A stretch of DNA of 64,000 nt from a virus (lineage: Duplodnaviria > Caudoviricetes), in the IMG/VR virus record IMGVR_UViG_2808606954_000002, positions 18,730 to 82,729 of that record, one strand, 5' to 3'. Numbering within the stretch: the first letter of the stretch is position 1; every line of letters begins with the position of its first letter. Below are positions 10,428 through 19,404 of this stretch, piece after piece. The notes below the pieces were generated by a model. That model was not told the DNA's origin, made no database searches, and worked only from the letters and a program-made list of their open reading frames with translations. A program made the position numbers and the translations under genes.

Positions 10428-11620
10428 TGGGTAAGAGCATTTCTCTCTATCTGGATGGCATTCTTTACGATCAATGGGAGAACGGCGAAGTCGAGCGCGA
10501 TCTCAAGGATTTTTCCGGCCGCTTCAGTTTTACCTTTCGAGATGCGGCGCGTTCAGCCGATGTGTTACCGTTTGCCACCATGAAAGCGGTCAAGCGCTTG
10601 AAGATCCAGATGCAGGCCAAAATCATGATCGGCCGCCGTGTTGTGCTGGTCGGCAACGTTGACACGGTTAATCCCGATCTGCGCGATGGTCAGGCAACGG
10701 TGCAGATCTCCGGCCGGGACAAGACCGGCGATCTGATTGATTGTGCCGCCCTGGTTGATGGCCCGGCCGAGCTGAAGAATGTAAAGCTTGAGGATGCCGT
10801 CAAGAAGATTGCCGAGCCGTACGGGCTGACAGTCAAAACCGAAGTGGACACTGGCGATGTGTTCGACCGCTATTCGGTTGACCTGGGCGAGACGGCATTT
10901 AGTGCCATTGAGAAAGGCACACGGTCGCGGCGAGTTCTGGTGCTGTCCGATGGTGTTGGCGGCATTGTGATCACCCGCACCGGCAAGACCAAGGCCCCAG
11001 CTCCCATCACCTTGCCCGGAAACGCCTTGTCATCCAGTGCGACGTTCTCAATCGAAGGTCGCCACAGCAAGACCATGGTGCGCGGCCAGTCTGAACGAGC
11101 AGGCAAATCGCGCAAATCGGCCAACCTTGACGCCAGCGCAGCACCTTTGACGGAGCGGACAGAGGGTAATGGCTCGGCACGGGACGCGGAGCGCAAAGGC
11201 ACGGTTGCTACGGGCATCGCCACTGATGGCGAGATCAAGCGTTATCGGCCGATTGTGCATCTGGCCCGTTCCAAGGCTGATGCCAAAGCGGCAAGCGATG
11301 AGGCCGACTGGCGCAATCGCACGGCGCGCGCCAAGGCTGAAGAATATACCCATAGCGTCAAAGGTCATACGGTTGATGGCACGTTGTGGATGGTCAACCA
11401 GATGGTGACTGTCTCGGATGACTGGCTGGAAGTTTACCGCGATCTTTTGATTTCCAAGGTCAAGTTTGTCGAAGATCAATCCGGCATGACCACCGAGATC
11501 ACCAGCTGTTCGCCGGAAGCCTTTGACACCGAGGCCACCGGCAAGCGGCGTAAAAACAAGCGCGGCAAGAAAAAAGCGAAAGCCACTGGCCCGCTGGACA
11601 GCACGGCAAAGGGGCTTTGA
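10427..11620 (+). CDS. Baseplate hub (Mu gpP/gp44 family)
   Basis: ISGRDKTGDLIDC, GETAFSAIEK and RYRP motifs. Confidence 0.85.
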   Translation: MGKSISLYLDGILYDQWENGEVERDLKDFSGRFSFTFRDAARSADVLPFATMKAVKRLKIQMQAKIMIGRRVVLVGNVDTVNPDLRDGQATVQISGRDKTGDLIDCAALVDGPAELKNVKLEDAVKKIAEPYGLTVKTEVDTGDVFDRYSVDLGETAFSAIEKGTRSRRVLVLSDGVGGIVITRTGKTKAPAPITLPGNALSSSATFSIEGRHSKTMVRGQSERAGKSRKSANLDASAAPLTERTEGNGSARDAERKGTVATGIATDGEIKRYRPIVHLARSKADAKAASDEADWRNRTARAKAEEYTHSVKGHTVDGTLWMVNQMVTVSDDWLEVYRDLLISKVKFVEDQSGMTTEITSCSPEAFDTEATGKRRKNKRGKKKAKATGPLDSTAKGL

Positions 11621-11627
11621 AGCGATT

Positions 11628-12140
11628 ATGAGAGAGCTTTACGGCAAGCTGCGCGGCATGGTCCGGCGCGTCACGGTCAAGAATATCAAGGATGATGGTC
11701 AGATGCAGACGGCCTCTGCCGAGGTGGCCGAGGGCATCTATCGCGATGATCTGGAAATCATGCAGCCCTATGGCCTGTTGTCGGTGCCTGATGATGATGG
11801 TGCGGTCGGCATCGCCCTTGCCATCGGAGGCGATGAGGGCGACATGGTGCTGTTGCCGCTTGGCAATCCCAGCCAGCGCATGGGCGGTCTGAAGAAAGGC
11901 GATGTGGGGCTTGCCACAAAGTTCGGTGATCGCATCATTTGCCGGGCGAATGGTACGATTGAAGTGCAGGCATCCAATGCGCTTGAAAGCAAGATCGGAG
12001 GATGCACGTTTCGGCAAACAGCGGCTGGCGTGGACATCACGGGCGGTTACCTCAAGGTCAACGGTGTTCGTGTCGACGACACCCACACGCACGGCGGTAT
12101 TGTTCGCGGTGGCTCCCAGACGGACCCACCTTCCAAGTAA
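11628..12140 (+). CDS. Baseplate spike (Mu gp45 family)
   Basis: QPYGLLSVP motif and C-terminal HTHGG metal-binding tip. Confidence 0.85.
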   Translation: MRELYGKLRGMVRRVTVKNIKDDGQMQTASAEVAEGIYRDDLEIMQPYGLLSVPDDDGAVGIALAIGGDEGDMVLLPLGNPSQRMGGLKKGDVGLATKFGDRIICRANGTIEVQASNALESKIGGCTFRQTAAGVDITGGYLKVNGVRVDDTHTHGGIVRGGSQTDPPSK

Positions 12141-12185
12141 CCCGCCCACCGCCACGGGCATGACGCGGTTCGCGCGCGCGCGATA
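12141..12185 (+). promoter_or_regulatory. Putative late-promoter motif, copy B
   Basis: Same three blocks and same spacing as 6552-6596; upstream of gp46. Confidence 0.55.
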
Positions 12186-12196
12186 TTTTCGCCGCC

Positions 12197-12664
12197 ATGT
12201 CCAGCTTTCTCGATCTCGCCCTGACCTATGATGCCGTGCAGCGCCGATGTGATCTGGCGCTATCAGATGATTGTGATCTGGTGTTGGATGAGACACCGAT
12301 CAGCGCCATCATTCTCTCGGTCGGTCTTGATCGCCGAGCCTCGCCTGATGACGAACTGCCTGAAGGCCGTTCCGTCATGCTGGCACCCGCGTCGTTTTCC
12401 GAGCGGCGTGGTGCGATTGTCGATGGGCTGGTGCAAACCGGCGATATGACCGGCTCCAAGCTTTGGCTGCTGGATCGTGCCAAGCAGACCGAAACCACCC
12501 GTCAGCTCTGTGAATATTGGCTGATCGAGGCGTTAGCCTGGGCGGAAAAGGAAACCGGCACACCGGCCCAGATCGAAGTGGAATGGGTGCGCCCGAATGT
12601 GCTGGGCTATCGTGTTCAGGTCGATGACAGCTCCCTCTCTTTGACCAAACGGGTGGCATCATGA
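12197..12664 (+). CDS. Mu gp46-like baseplate protein
   Basis: LSVGLDRRA, GSKLWLL and EALAW motifs. Confidence 0.85.
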   Translation: MSSFLDLALTYDAVQRRCDLALSDDCDLVLDETPISAIILSVGLDRRASPDDELPEGRSVMLAPASFSERRGAIVDGLVQTGDMTGSKLWLLDRAKQTETTRQLCEYWLIEALAWAEKETGTPAQIEVEWVRPNVLGYRVQVDDSSLSLTKRVAS

Positions 12665-13800
12665 CCTGGTCAATTCCATCGGCTCGAACCATCCTTGCCC
12701 GCATTGCCTCTGTGGCCGAGACCGGCCTTTTGTCGATCAAGCCGGAGGCATCATCCACGGCGATCTCGCGGGCGGTGCGCTCAACCAAGGGCGTGTTTGC
12801 GCAAATCTTTGGAGCCGTGGCACCAGAACTGAGCGAGGTGCATGACCATATTGCATGGTGGGCGCGGCAATATATGCCTGACAGCGCCGATGACGAGGCC
12901 ATGATCCTGCGCCATGCATCCATCTGGGGCATTGAGCAGCGCGAGGCGACTACGGCGGTCGGCACGGTTCTGATTTCGGGCACCGCAGGCACGGTGCTGG
13001 CCAGCGGCATAGACCTGACGGCATCCAATGGCGTGGCCTATATCACCACAGCTGGCGGCACGATCAGCGCGGGCGGCACTCTGACGGTTGCCGCTAAAGC
13101 GGTTGAGGCTGGCGGTAACAGTAATCTGGAGGCAGGCGTCAAGCTGTCGGTCACGCAGGCCAATCCTGACATTGCCACCGTCACCGTCGCAACCGCGTTT
13201 TCGGGCGGTGCCAATGCCGAGACCCCGCAAGAGATGCAGGTCCGATATCTAGAGCGCATTCGAGAACCACCAAAGGGCGGCGCTGCCAGCGATTATAAAG
13301 CATGGGTTGGCAAGATTGCCGATGTCTATGCCGTCAATGTGGTTGAGGACTGGATTGGTCGCGGCAGTCTTGGCGTTGTCATCGTCATGAAGGATGAGGG
13401 TGGCAATCCGCGTGTGCCCAGTGCGGCCGAGCTGGTGACGATTGGTGCATACTTAGGCGCACAAGGAAGTCAAACCGGCGTTCGGCCCGTAACGGCCCGC
13501 GTCATTCCCGTTGCGGGTGCACTGGTTGCTGTGCCGATTTCCGTGCGGCTGCGGCCCGATACCGGCACCACGCGCGCCGCTGTTGCTTCAGCTTTCGCCC
13601 GCTTCATTGCCACCATTGGCGATGATGACGACGACACCAATTCAAGCCCGATTGGTGCCGTGATTGAGCCGTCGCGGATCTCGGAAGCGATCTCGGCCGC
13701 TGACGGCGAATATGGTCATGACCTCATTGTGCCAGCGGCCAGATACACGCTGGCATCAAACCAGTGCCCGGTTGTTGGCACCATCACCTGGCTGAATTGA
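12661..13800 (+). CDS. Baseplate J-like wedge protein (Mu gp47)
   Basis: PDSADDE..RHA, PPKGGAASDY..W motifs. Confidence 0.9.
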   Translation: MTWSIPSARTILARIASVAETGLLSIKPEASSTAISRAVRSTKGVFAQIFGAVAPELSEVHDHIAWWARQYMPDSADDEAMILRHASIWGIEQREATTAVGTVLISGTAGTVLASGIDLTASNGVAYITTAGGTISAGGTLTVAAKAVEAGGNSNLEAGVKLSVTQANPDIATVTVATAFSGGANAETPQEMQVRYLERIREPPKGGAASDYKAWVGKIADVYAVNVVEDWIGRGSLGVVIVMKDEGGNPRVPSAAELVTIGAYLGAQGSQTGVRPVTARVIPVAGALVAVPISVRLRPDTGTTRAAVASAFARFIATIGDDDDDTNSSPIGAVIEPSRISEAISAADGEYGHDLIVPAARYTLASNQCPVVGTITWLN

Positions 13801-13814
13801 GGAGCGTTTGAACC

Positions 13815-14411
13815 ATGTCCAGAACCGCTTCAAATGTGTTTCAAAGCCTTCGCAACAAGATGGCGTCGGGCTTTGCGCTGGCCGCAAAAGACGGCGTGAT
13901 TGACGTGATCCTGTCGGCCTTCGCTGCCGTGATCGCCGATGCCGAGGCAAGCGCTGAAGCCCTGATGAACGAGACAGACCCTCGGCAGGCAAACCAGCTT
14001 TTGTCTGATTTCGAGCGCTGCCTTGGGCCTGATGCTTGCGGGCGCACCCTTGGGCCTTTGACGGTGGAGCAGCGCCAGAAACTGGCGTTTCAGCGCTGGA
14101 CCGCGCGCGGCGGCCAGTCGATCCCGTATTTTATTTCGGTGGCCAAGGCGCTGGGTGTGGACATCACCATTGAAGAGTTCTGGCCATCACGGGCGGGCGT
14201 GTTGCGGGCAGGTCAACGCCTGCGGCCTGAAGGCAGCCAGTTTGTCTGGCGCGTCAATATTCCCGGCCTTGTGAGCGTGGTGAAGTTTCGCTCAGGCGTC
14301 AGCCGAGCATCGCACCGCCTCGGTGTCTTTGAGATCAGCGCCATTGAATGCGAGTTGCGGCGTATCAAACCCGCCCACACCCATGTTGTTTTCAATTACG
14401 GAGAAGCCTGA
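13815..14411 (+). CDS. Mu gp48-like baseplate protein (DUF2313)
   Basis: DPRQA..LLSDFERCLG, GGQSIPYF and IKPAHT motifs. Confidence 0.85.
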   Translation: MSRTASNVFQSLRNKMASGFALAAKDGVIDVILSAFAAVIADAEASAEALMNETDPRQANQLLSDFERCLGPDACGRTLGPLTVEQRQKLAFQRWTARGGQSIPYFISVAKALGVDITIEEFWPSRAGVLRAGQRLRPEGSQFVWRVNIPGLVSVVKFRSGVSRASHRLGVFEISAIECELRRIKPAHTHVVFNYGEA

Positions 14412-16135
14412 TGGATCGCATCAATGGCGCGGACACTGTTGATATTGGCGGCGGCCGTCGCGGGTTTCGCGATGAAAACCTTGTGGCGGGTGTACCAGGC
14501 ACCGAGGTGACGGCAAGCTTTCTGAACGGGCTTCAGGAAGAGGTTTTGCAGGTCATCACCCAGGCGGGCCTTGCGCCGAGCAATGGCGACTGGACGCAGC
14601 TGTGGCAGGCGCTTCAGATTTTGGGGCTGTCCACGGGCGGGAAAAGTCGGCGCTGGCTGTCGGTGTTGTCGATGACGCTGTCCAGTGCGCCGGGGTCTCC
14701 AAGCGTGGGCGATGCCTATTTTATCCCTGCCGGTGCAAGCGGCATCTGGGCCGCAAACGCCGGGAAAATTGCCGAGTGGACCGGCGCGTCATGGTCCTAT
14801 CTGGCGACACCCAACGGCCATGGCTTCAGCCTGCCCGATGGACGTATTTTTGAGAAGATCAATGGCACTTATACCGAGTTGTTGGCATCTGAGACCCGTT
14901 CCGGACTGGTCGAGCTGGCAACGCCCGCCGAAGCCAAAGCCGGAACCAATAGCTTACTGGCTGTGACGCCACCCGGTCTTGTCGCAACAATCGCAGACAT
15001 CATGCCACCGAGGCCGAACCTGTGCCCGAACGGCGGGTTTGAGGATGGGCTTGCCGGGATTGAGTCGTTCAGCAACGGCGTCGCAAAAAGCTTTACAGTG
15101 TCAGATAACATGTGGGGCAGGAATCTTGTTGTATCCGGGCCGCATGCAGATGGTTGGACATCTATCGTATGGCCTAAATTCGCTGTAACTCCCGGTCTTG
15201 CTTATACAATCTCTGGTGACGCGGCTTTTTTTGCGGATGCCGGGACCGTTAAATACGAATTAATTTGGTACAGGGCCGATGGTACGGACTTAGCCTTCAG
15301 CGGCGGGGTGAAGCGCGGCACGGGCGATTTCGGTTACGCATCATCCGCACGTCAAGCCATGGCCATTTCGGTTGTCGCGCCTGCCGGAGCAGTAACAGCA
15401 AGACTAAGCTGTGTTTTCGAAAACGTAAAAAACGCAACAGTTATGTGCGCGCGGCTGGCCAAAGTCGAGTTTGGCCCGCTGCCAGCTACCGCTTATACGC
15501 CACCTACGGGTAAGTCTCGGCAGCCAGCGCTCTACACCTATGTAAACAGCGGCGTGTTTACAGCCCCAGAAGGTGTCTATTTCGTGCACCTGCGCGCTTG
15601 GGGTGGCAGCGCAGGTGGTGGCGGTGCTGGGCCAAATGGTGCAGGCGGAGGCGGCGGAGGCGGCGGTTATGCTGAGGGGATCGTAGCTGTTGTGCCGGGT
15701 CAAACATACCTGATCACGATTGGTCAAGGCGGCGCGGGCGGCGCAGCGGGTGGCGGCAAAGGCGGAGATGGTGGCACAACGTCATTTGGCTCATTGTTGA
15801 CCGCAACGGGTGGCCTTGGCGGTTACGGCGCGGCCAGTGGCTATGCAAATGGCGGCACTGGAGGTGTCGGTGTGGGCGGGCAAATACAGGTGCCTGGTCA
15901 GGCCGGACAGCGCTCTATTGCGCAACGAGACCCCATCAATGGCGACGGTATTGTTTGGGTTGGTGGCCCAGGCGGCGGGGCATTTGGGTCCGGCTCTACG
16001 CACATGCTCTATGGTTCATCCTCTGGCTGGGCCGGTTGGTCGTATGGCACCGGCGGATCAGGCGGTGCGGGCGACGGCACGAACGGTTATGCGGGTGGCG
16101 TTGGACCGTCTGGCTTCCTCGCAATCGATTTTTGA
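14411..16135 (+). CDS. Tail fibre 1 (Mu-type N-terminus, DUF2793-like segment, CBM-like domain, Gly-rich tip)
   Basis: ATG 14411 overlaps the gp48 stop; VGDAYFIPAGASG.W, GLVELAT..AVTP and NLCPNGGFE motifs; Gly-rich C-terminus. Confidence 0.85.
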   Translation: MDRINGADTVDIGGGRRGFRDENLVAGVPGTEVTASFLNGLQEEVLQVITQAGLAPSNGDWTQLWQALQILGLSTGGKSRRWLSVLSMTLSSAPGSPSVGDAYFIPAGASGIWAANAGKIAEWTGASWSYLATPNGHGFSLPDGRIFEKINGTYTELLASETRSGLVELATPAEAKAGTNSLLAVTPPGLVATIADIMPPRPNLCPNGGFEDGLAGIESFSNGVAKSFTVSDNMWGRNLVVSGPHADGWTSIVWPKFAVTPGLAYTISGDAAFFADAGTVKYELIWYRADGTDLAFSGGVKRGTGDFGYASSARQAMAISVVAPAGAVTARLSCVFENVKNATVMCARLAKVEFGPLPATAYTPPTGKSRQPALYTYVNSGVFTAPEGVYFVHLRAWGGSAGGGGAGPNGAGGGGGGGGYAEGIVAVVPGQTYLITIGQGGAGGAAGGGKGGDGGTTSFGSLLTATGGLGGYGAASGYANGGTGGVGVGGQIQVPGQAGQRSIAQRDPINGDGIVWVGGPGGGAFGSGSTHMLYGSSSGWAGWSYGTGGSGGAGDGTNGYAGGVGPSGFLAIDF

Positions 16136-16316
16136 TATTTTGAGGTATTGAGATGATAAAATATGCGCGCATACATGCTGGCATTGTCGTCGAGGTGATC
16201 GAGACTGACCACAAGATAGATGATCTCTATCACCCCGATATTGCCGCCTCATTTATGGAGGTGACGGACGATGTTGAGCCGGGCTGGACATATACAGACG
16301 GCAAGTTGGCCGCGCC
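14958..16316 (+). repeat. Direct repeat copy 1 (fibre tip plus 5' end of the next gene)
   Basis: Colinear with 59287-60645 (offset 44,329). Only C15295/T59624, G15313/A59642 and A15857/G60186 differ up to the fibre stop; identity is lower afterwards. Confidence 0.97.
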
Positions 16317-16713
16317 AGTTGTGCCATCAATACCAGCGCCGACGCTGGAAACCGTGCAGGCTGATCTGAAAGCCCGGATTGACAAACTGGCTGAGGTTGA
16401 GCGCCTGAAATACATCACAGGTGGCGTTGGGCAAGCCATGACCTATCAGCAAAAGGCGGCTGAGGCGATTGCCTATCTGGCCGCCACCAATCCGGTCGCC
16501 AAGGATTACCCTCTGCTCAGTGCTGAGGTTGGCCTGACGGGCAAAACATTGTCCGATGTTGCCACCACCGTGAAAGCGGCATTTGAGCAATGGCAGCTCA
16601 TTGGTGCCGCTGTCGAGAAAGTGCGCCTCGGTGCCAAAAAGGCAATTGGCGAGGCAAAAACATCTGAGGCAGCGCAAGCCGTCTTTGATGCTGTGGTCTG
16701 GCCATCGGCTTAA
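16153..16713 (+). CDS. Tail-fibre-associated/assembly protein 1
   Basis: Directly after the fibre; N-terminal ~56 aa homologous to 60482-60937. Confidence 0.65.
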   Translation: MIKYARIHAGIVVEVIETDHKIDDLYHPDIAASFMEVTDDVEPGWTYTDGKLAAPVVPSIPAPTLETVQADLKARIDKLAEVERLKYITGGVGQAMTYQQKAAEAIAYLAATNPVAKDYPLLSAEVGLTGKTLSDVATTVKAAFEQWQLIGAAVEKVRLGAKKAIGEAKTSEAAQAVFDAVVWPSA

Positions 16714-16747
16714 GCCGCTCAGTCATTTGAAAAATTAGGAGTCTTTC

Positions 16748-16969
16748 ATGTTCGTCAACAATTGGCGGCAAGTGCTTAAGCGCGCTTGGTCTGTCCGGCT
16801 GCTTTTGGCTGCTGGTTTCTTCTCCGGAGCTGAAGTCTTTCTGCCGCTCATCGACGGTCACATTGATATGCCGCGCGGCCTGTTTGCTGCCCTGTCCGGT
16901 TTGTCCGCAGCAGGGGCCTTTGTTTCCCGTTTTCTTGCTCAAAAGGATTTATCTGATGCCGATCAATAA
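16748..16969 (+). CDS. Holin/pinholin candidate
   Basis: 73 aa with two hydrophobic segments; NWRQVLKRAWSVR; stop overlaps the endolysin start. Confidence 0.7.
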   Translation: MFVNNWRQVLKRAWSVRLLLAAGFFSGAEVFLPLIDGHIDMPRGLFAALSGLSAAGAFVSRFLAQKDLSDADQ

Positions 16970-17546
16970 GCTTAAAGCCAGTAAGCGCGCAAAAACGGCC
17001 ATTGCTGCAATTGTGTTTGCCGCTGGCACTGGTGGGACAATCGCGCTTTTTCCGGGGCAAGAGCCAGTTCCGGCTGATGTCGCGCTTGCGATTAACGCGC
17101 TGGTAAAGCCGTGGGAAGGTCGCAGCCTCAAGGCTTATTACGATACGCTGCCCACAAGGCCAGTCTGGACGATTTGCGATGGTGATACCGATAACGTCAA
17201 GCCCGGAATGGTGGAAACCCCGCAAGGCTGTGACAAGCGGCTGGCAACCAAGATCGTGCGCGACTATCGCAAGCCTTTGACAGAGTGCATCTCTGGCTGG
17301 GACGGCAAGCCGCTGGCGTGGCGGGCGATGATGATTAGCCTGACCTGGAATATTGGCACCGGCGCTGCTTGCAGATCGACCGCTGCACGGTTGGGGCGCG
17401 AAGGCAAGTATCTGGAAAGCTGTAATGCTGCCACCGCCTTTAACCGTGCCGGTGGCCGCGTCATCATTGGTTTGGCCAAGCGGCGCGAAAACGGTGATGC
17501 GACTCGGATCGGGGAGGGAGAATTGTGCGTCTCCGGCCTGCAATGA
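16956..17546 (+). CDS. Endolysin, GH24 lysozyme family, probable SAR type
   Basis: N-terminal Ala/Gly-rich hydrophobic stretch; WEG..AYYD..WTICDGDT catalytic region; LAKRRE motif. Confidence 0.85.
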   Translation: MPINKLKASKRAKTAIAAIVFAAGTGGTIALFPGQEPVPADVALAINALVKPWEGRSLKAYYDTLPTRPVWTICDGDTDNVKPGMVETPQGCDKRLATKIVRDYRKPLTECISGWDGKPLAWRAMMISLTWNIGTGAACRSTAARLGREGKYLESCNAATAFNRAGGRVIIGLAKRRENGDATRIGEGELCVSGLQ

Positions 17547-18028
17547 GCTTGGTCGCGCTTGCGTTAAGTTGTCGCGGTGTTTTGCTAAAATGGCTGAAAA
17601 CATTTCTGGTCAATCTTTATGGCATGATCGGCATTGCCGGTTTTCTGCTGTTGGCGCTGTTGGTGTTCGAGGAGGGTGTGCCTTTCCTCGGCATCAATGG
17701 CCGGGTTGCCAATCATGCGGCCTCGCAGGTTGAGGCCGCAAAGGCGGGCTTGGTTGCGCAAGCCGATCTGGACGCTGCCAATGCCAAATTGACGGCCATG
17801 ACCTTGCGGTTACAGCAGGCGGAAATGCTGGCCGAACAGGCCCGCGCAATAGGCGAAAACATCATCAAAAAAGAAGGGCAGGTTAATGATGCGCTTAAAG
17901 CATCTGTTTCGGCTGACAATCGCGTTGATGGCGCTCGCTGGTCTGCCTCTGATATTGAGTGGCTGTCTCGCGAACGACAACGCCTCGGCCTCGCTGGCCA
18001 AGGCGGCGGCGCAAAAGGCGGTGGCTGA
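17543..18028 (+). CDS. i-spanin (Rz-like)
   Basis: N-terminal TM followed by coiled coil; after the endolysin. Confidence 0.65.
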   Translation: MSLVALALSCRGVLLKWLKTFLVNLYGMIGIAGFLLLALLVFEEGVPFLGINGRVANHAASQVEAAKAGLVAQADLDAANAKLTAMTLRLQQAEMLAEQARAIGENIIKKEGQVNDALKASVSADNRVDGARWSASDIEWLSRERQRLGLAGQGGGAKGGG

Positions 18029-18236
18029 AACAAAGGTGCCATTGCCGCCCTGGCCTGATTGGTGCAGGCAACACATGCGCCGCATCGTGCCGGTGGCTGG
18101 CGGATCGGCGGCGCATGATCAACTTGGCTGGGAGGTCAGTGCCAACCAGCAGGATGCCCGCACTGATGCGTGTGCGGAAATTTACGACACGCGGCGGGCT
18201 GAGTACGGGGGGGGCGCACATGGCACCGGAAATTGA
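17886..18236 (+). CDS. o-spanin (Rz1-like lipoprotein), overlapping Rz in another frame
   Basis: Signal peptide with LSGC lipobox; Pro-rich segment. Confidence 0.7.
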   Translation: MMRLKHLFRLTIALMALAGLPLILSGCLANDNASASLAKAAAQKAVAETKVPLPPWPDWCRQHMRRIVPVAGGSAAHDQLGWEVSANQQDARTDACAEIYDTRRAEYGGGAHGTGN

Positions 18237-18591
18237 CGCGGGTGTGCACCGGATGCTCGGTGAGCTGGTTGCAGAAATGCGCGGGCTGAAAGAAGACATT
18301 CAGGAAATTCGGGGCGCGCAAGTGCGCTCCGAGGATCGCGCAACCCAAAGCCGGGCGGTTGTGCACCGGCGCATGGATGAAATGGTGGATCGGGTTGGCG
18401 CGCTGGAAACCAACATCACCAATGTGCAGACTGATATTGCTGACATTAAGCCGGTGACCAATGAGGTCAAGCGTTGGAAGCTGATCGGCCTTGGCGCGCT
18501 CGGCATGATTGGCATCGGCGGGATCGCGCTTGGCGTATCCTTTGCTGATGTTTTGAAACGGGTTGGCGGTCTGCTGATTGGTCGGCTCTAG
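18220..18591 (+). CDS. DUF1515-like coiled-coil/TM phage protein
   Basis: RAVVHRRMDE motif and C-terminal TM; last gene of the lysis cassette. Confidence 0.6.
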   Translation: MAPEIDAGVHRMLGELVAEMRGLKEDIQEIRGAQVRSEDRATQSRAVVHRRMDEMVDRVGALETNITNVQTDIADIKPVTNEVKRWKLIGLGALGMIGIGGIALGVSFADVLKRVGGLLIGRL

Positions 18592-18614
18592 CGCATCATC
18601 AGGCAAAAGCAGAT

Positions 18615-18658
18615 AAGGCCGGAAAGTAGAATTCCGGCCTTTGCTTCTTTTCTTTTTT
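18615..18658 (+). terminator. Intrinsic terminator at the end of the late/lysis operon
   Basis: AAGGCCGGAA / TTCCGGCCTT stem followed by a T-rich tail. Confidence 0.75.
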
Positions 18659-18682
18659 ACAGATTCTCTAAAATGAAATAGG

Positions 18683-18928
18683 ATGCGACTCTACGTTAAT
18701 AATTCGGGGATGTGGATGACCGATCCTAATAGTGTATCTTTAAGCCTCACATGTTCATGTGGGGAGAAGTATAAAATTGGTGTAGCAGGATTGGATCTTG
18801 AGAGTATTAAATTTACATGTCCGGGTTGCGGTGTCGTAGACTCCCTTACACCTGACCAAATTAGCGCGATAAAATCCAAACATGAGGCAGTTGTTAATCG
18901 CCTGAAGGTGGCTTTTAAGGAATTATAA
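18683..18928 (+). CDS. AT-rich small Zn-ribbon-like protein (moron candidate)
   Basis: 81 aa with CSC and CPGC motifs; flanked by terminators. Confidence 0.5.
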   Translation: MRLYVNNSGMWMTDPNSVSLSLTCSCGEKYKIGVAGLDLESIKFTCPGCGVVDSLTPDQISAIKSKHEAVVNRLKVAFKEL

Positions 18929-18961
18929 TCAATATGCATGGTCACACGCAAATGCCATACT

Positions 18962-19000
18962 AAGCCCTGCTTGTTTGTTCAGGCGGGGCTTTTTTTGTTT
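18962..19000. terminator. Probable bidirectional terminator
   Basis: AAGCCCTGCTTG / CAGGCGGGGCTT stem plus T-run, between convergent genes. Confidence 0.65.
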
Positions 19001-19011
19001 TTACGGCTGGT

Positions 19012-19314
19012 TTATCCATCGCGTCTTGCTCTTCCAAGCATAAAGCTGTTTTGCTGCCGATTGCCGCATTTTGCGCAGCGCAGCAGCGGCTCCATCGATA
19101 TGATTGATCTGGCTTTGTGTTTGCGTTGCAGCTCCCAGCGATCCAAAGGCGAGGTATGGTCGCATCGCGCGCATTTCGCAAACAGGTTATACCATTGGGG
19201 CAGGTCTGCCAGCGTGGCGGAATGGTCGCGCTCCGGCACGATGATGCCGGTGGGCCTAGGTGGCAGGTTGTCGTTGCTGCTGCGGGTTAGGTCTAAGCCT
19301 CGACGATGCCGCAT
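19012..19314 (-). CDS. Small Zn-binding hypothetical protein
   Basis: 100 aa with CARC and CAKC motifs. Confidence 0.65.
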   Translation of the reverse strand: MRHRRGLDLTRSSNDNLPPRPTGIIVPERDHSATLADLPQWYNLFAKCARCDHTSPLDRWELQRKHKARSIISMEPLLRCAKCGNRQQNSFMLGRARRDG

Positions 19315-19347
19315 ATCGCCATCCTCTGGTTTTCACGCTTGACATTT

Positions 19348-19362
19348 GTTCTTAAAATGTTC
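19348..19362. promoter_or_regulatory. Alphaproteobacterial LexA (SOS) box
   Basis: GTTCTTAAAATGTTC = GTTC-N7-GTTC, just downstream of TTGACA (19339-19344), between divergent genes. Confidence 0.75.
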
Positions 19363-19404
19363 TCATTTTAAGAGGGTGTCAAGGCGGTGAATTTTGAGGT
19401 TGCG

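Larger units (their letters stand above)
1..14957 (+). mobile_element. Mu-like (transposable-phage-type) prophage, head and tail region; left part lies outside the window
   Basis: Mu gene order: protease I, cement protein, gpT-like capsid, gp36, gp37, DUF2635, sheath, tube, chaperone, tape measure, DNA-circularisation protein, gp44-48, fibre. Transposase is not in the window. Confidence 0.85.

Noticed and set aside
15600-15860. GGC-rich tandem-like sequence
   Set aside because: It simply encodes the Gly-rich fibre domain and is not an independent repeat array.
14411-16713. Mu G-segment-like invertible fibre switch
   Set aside because: The repeats are direct, not inverted, and no invertase or gix-like sites were seen.
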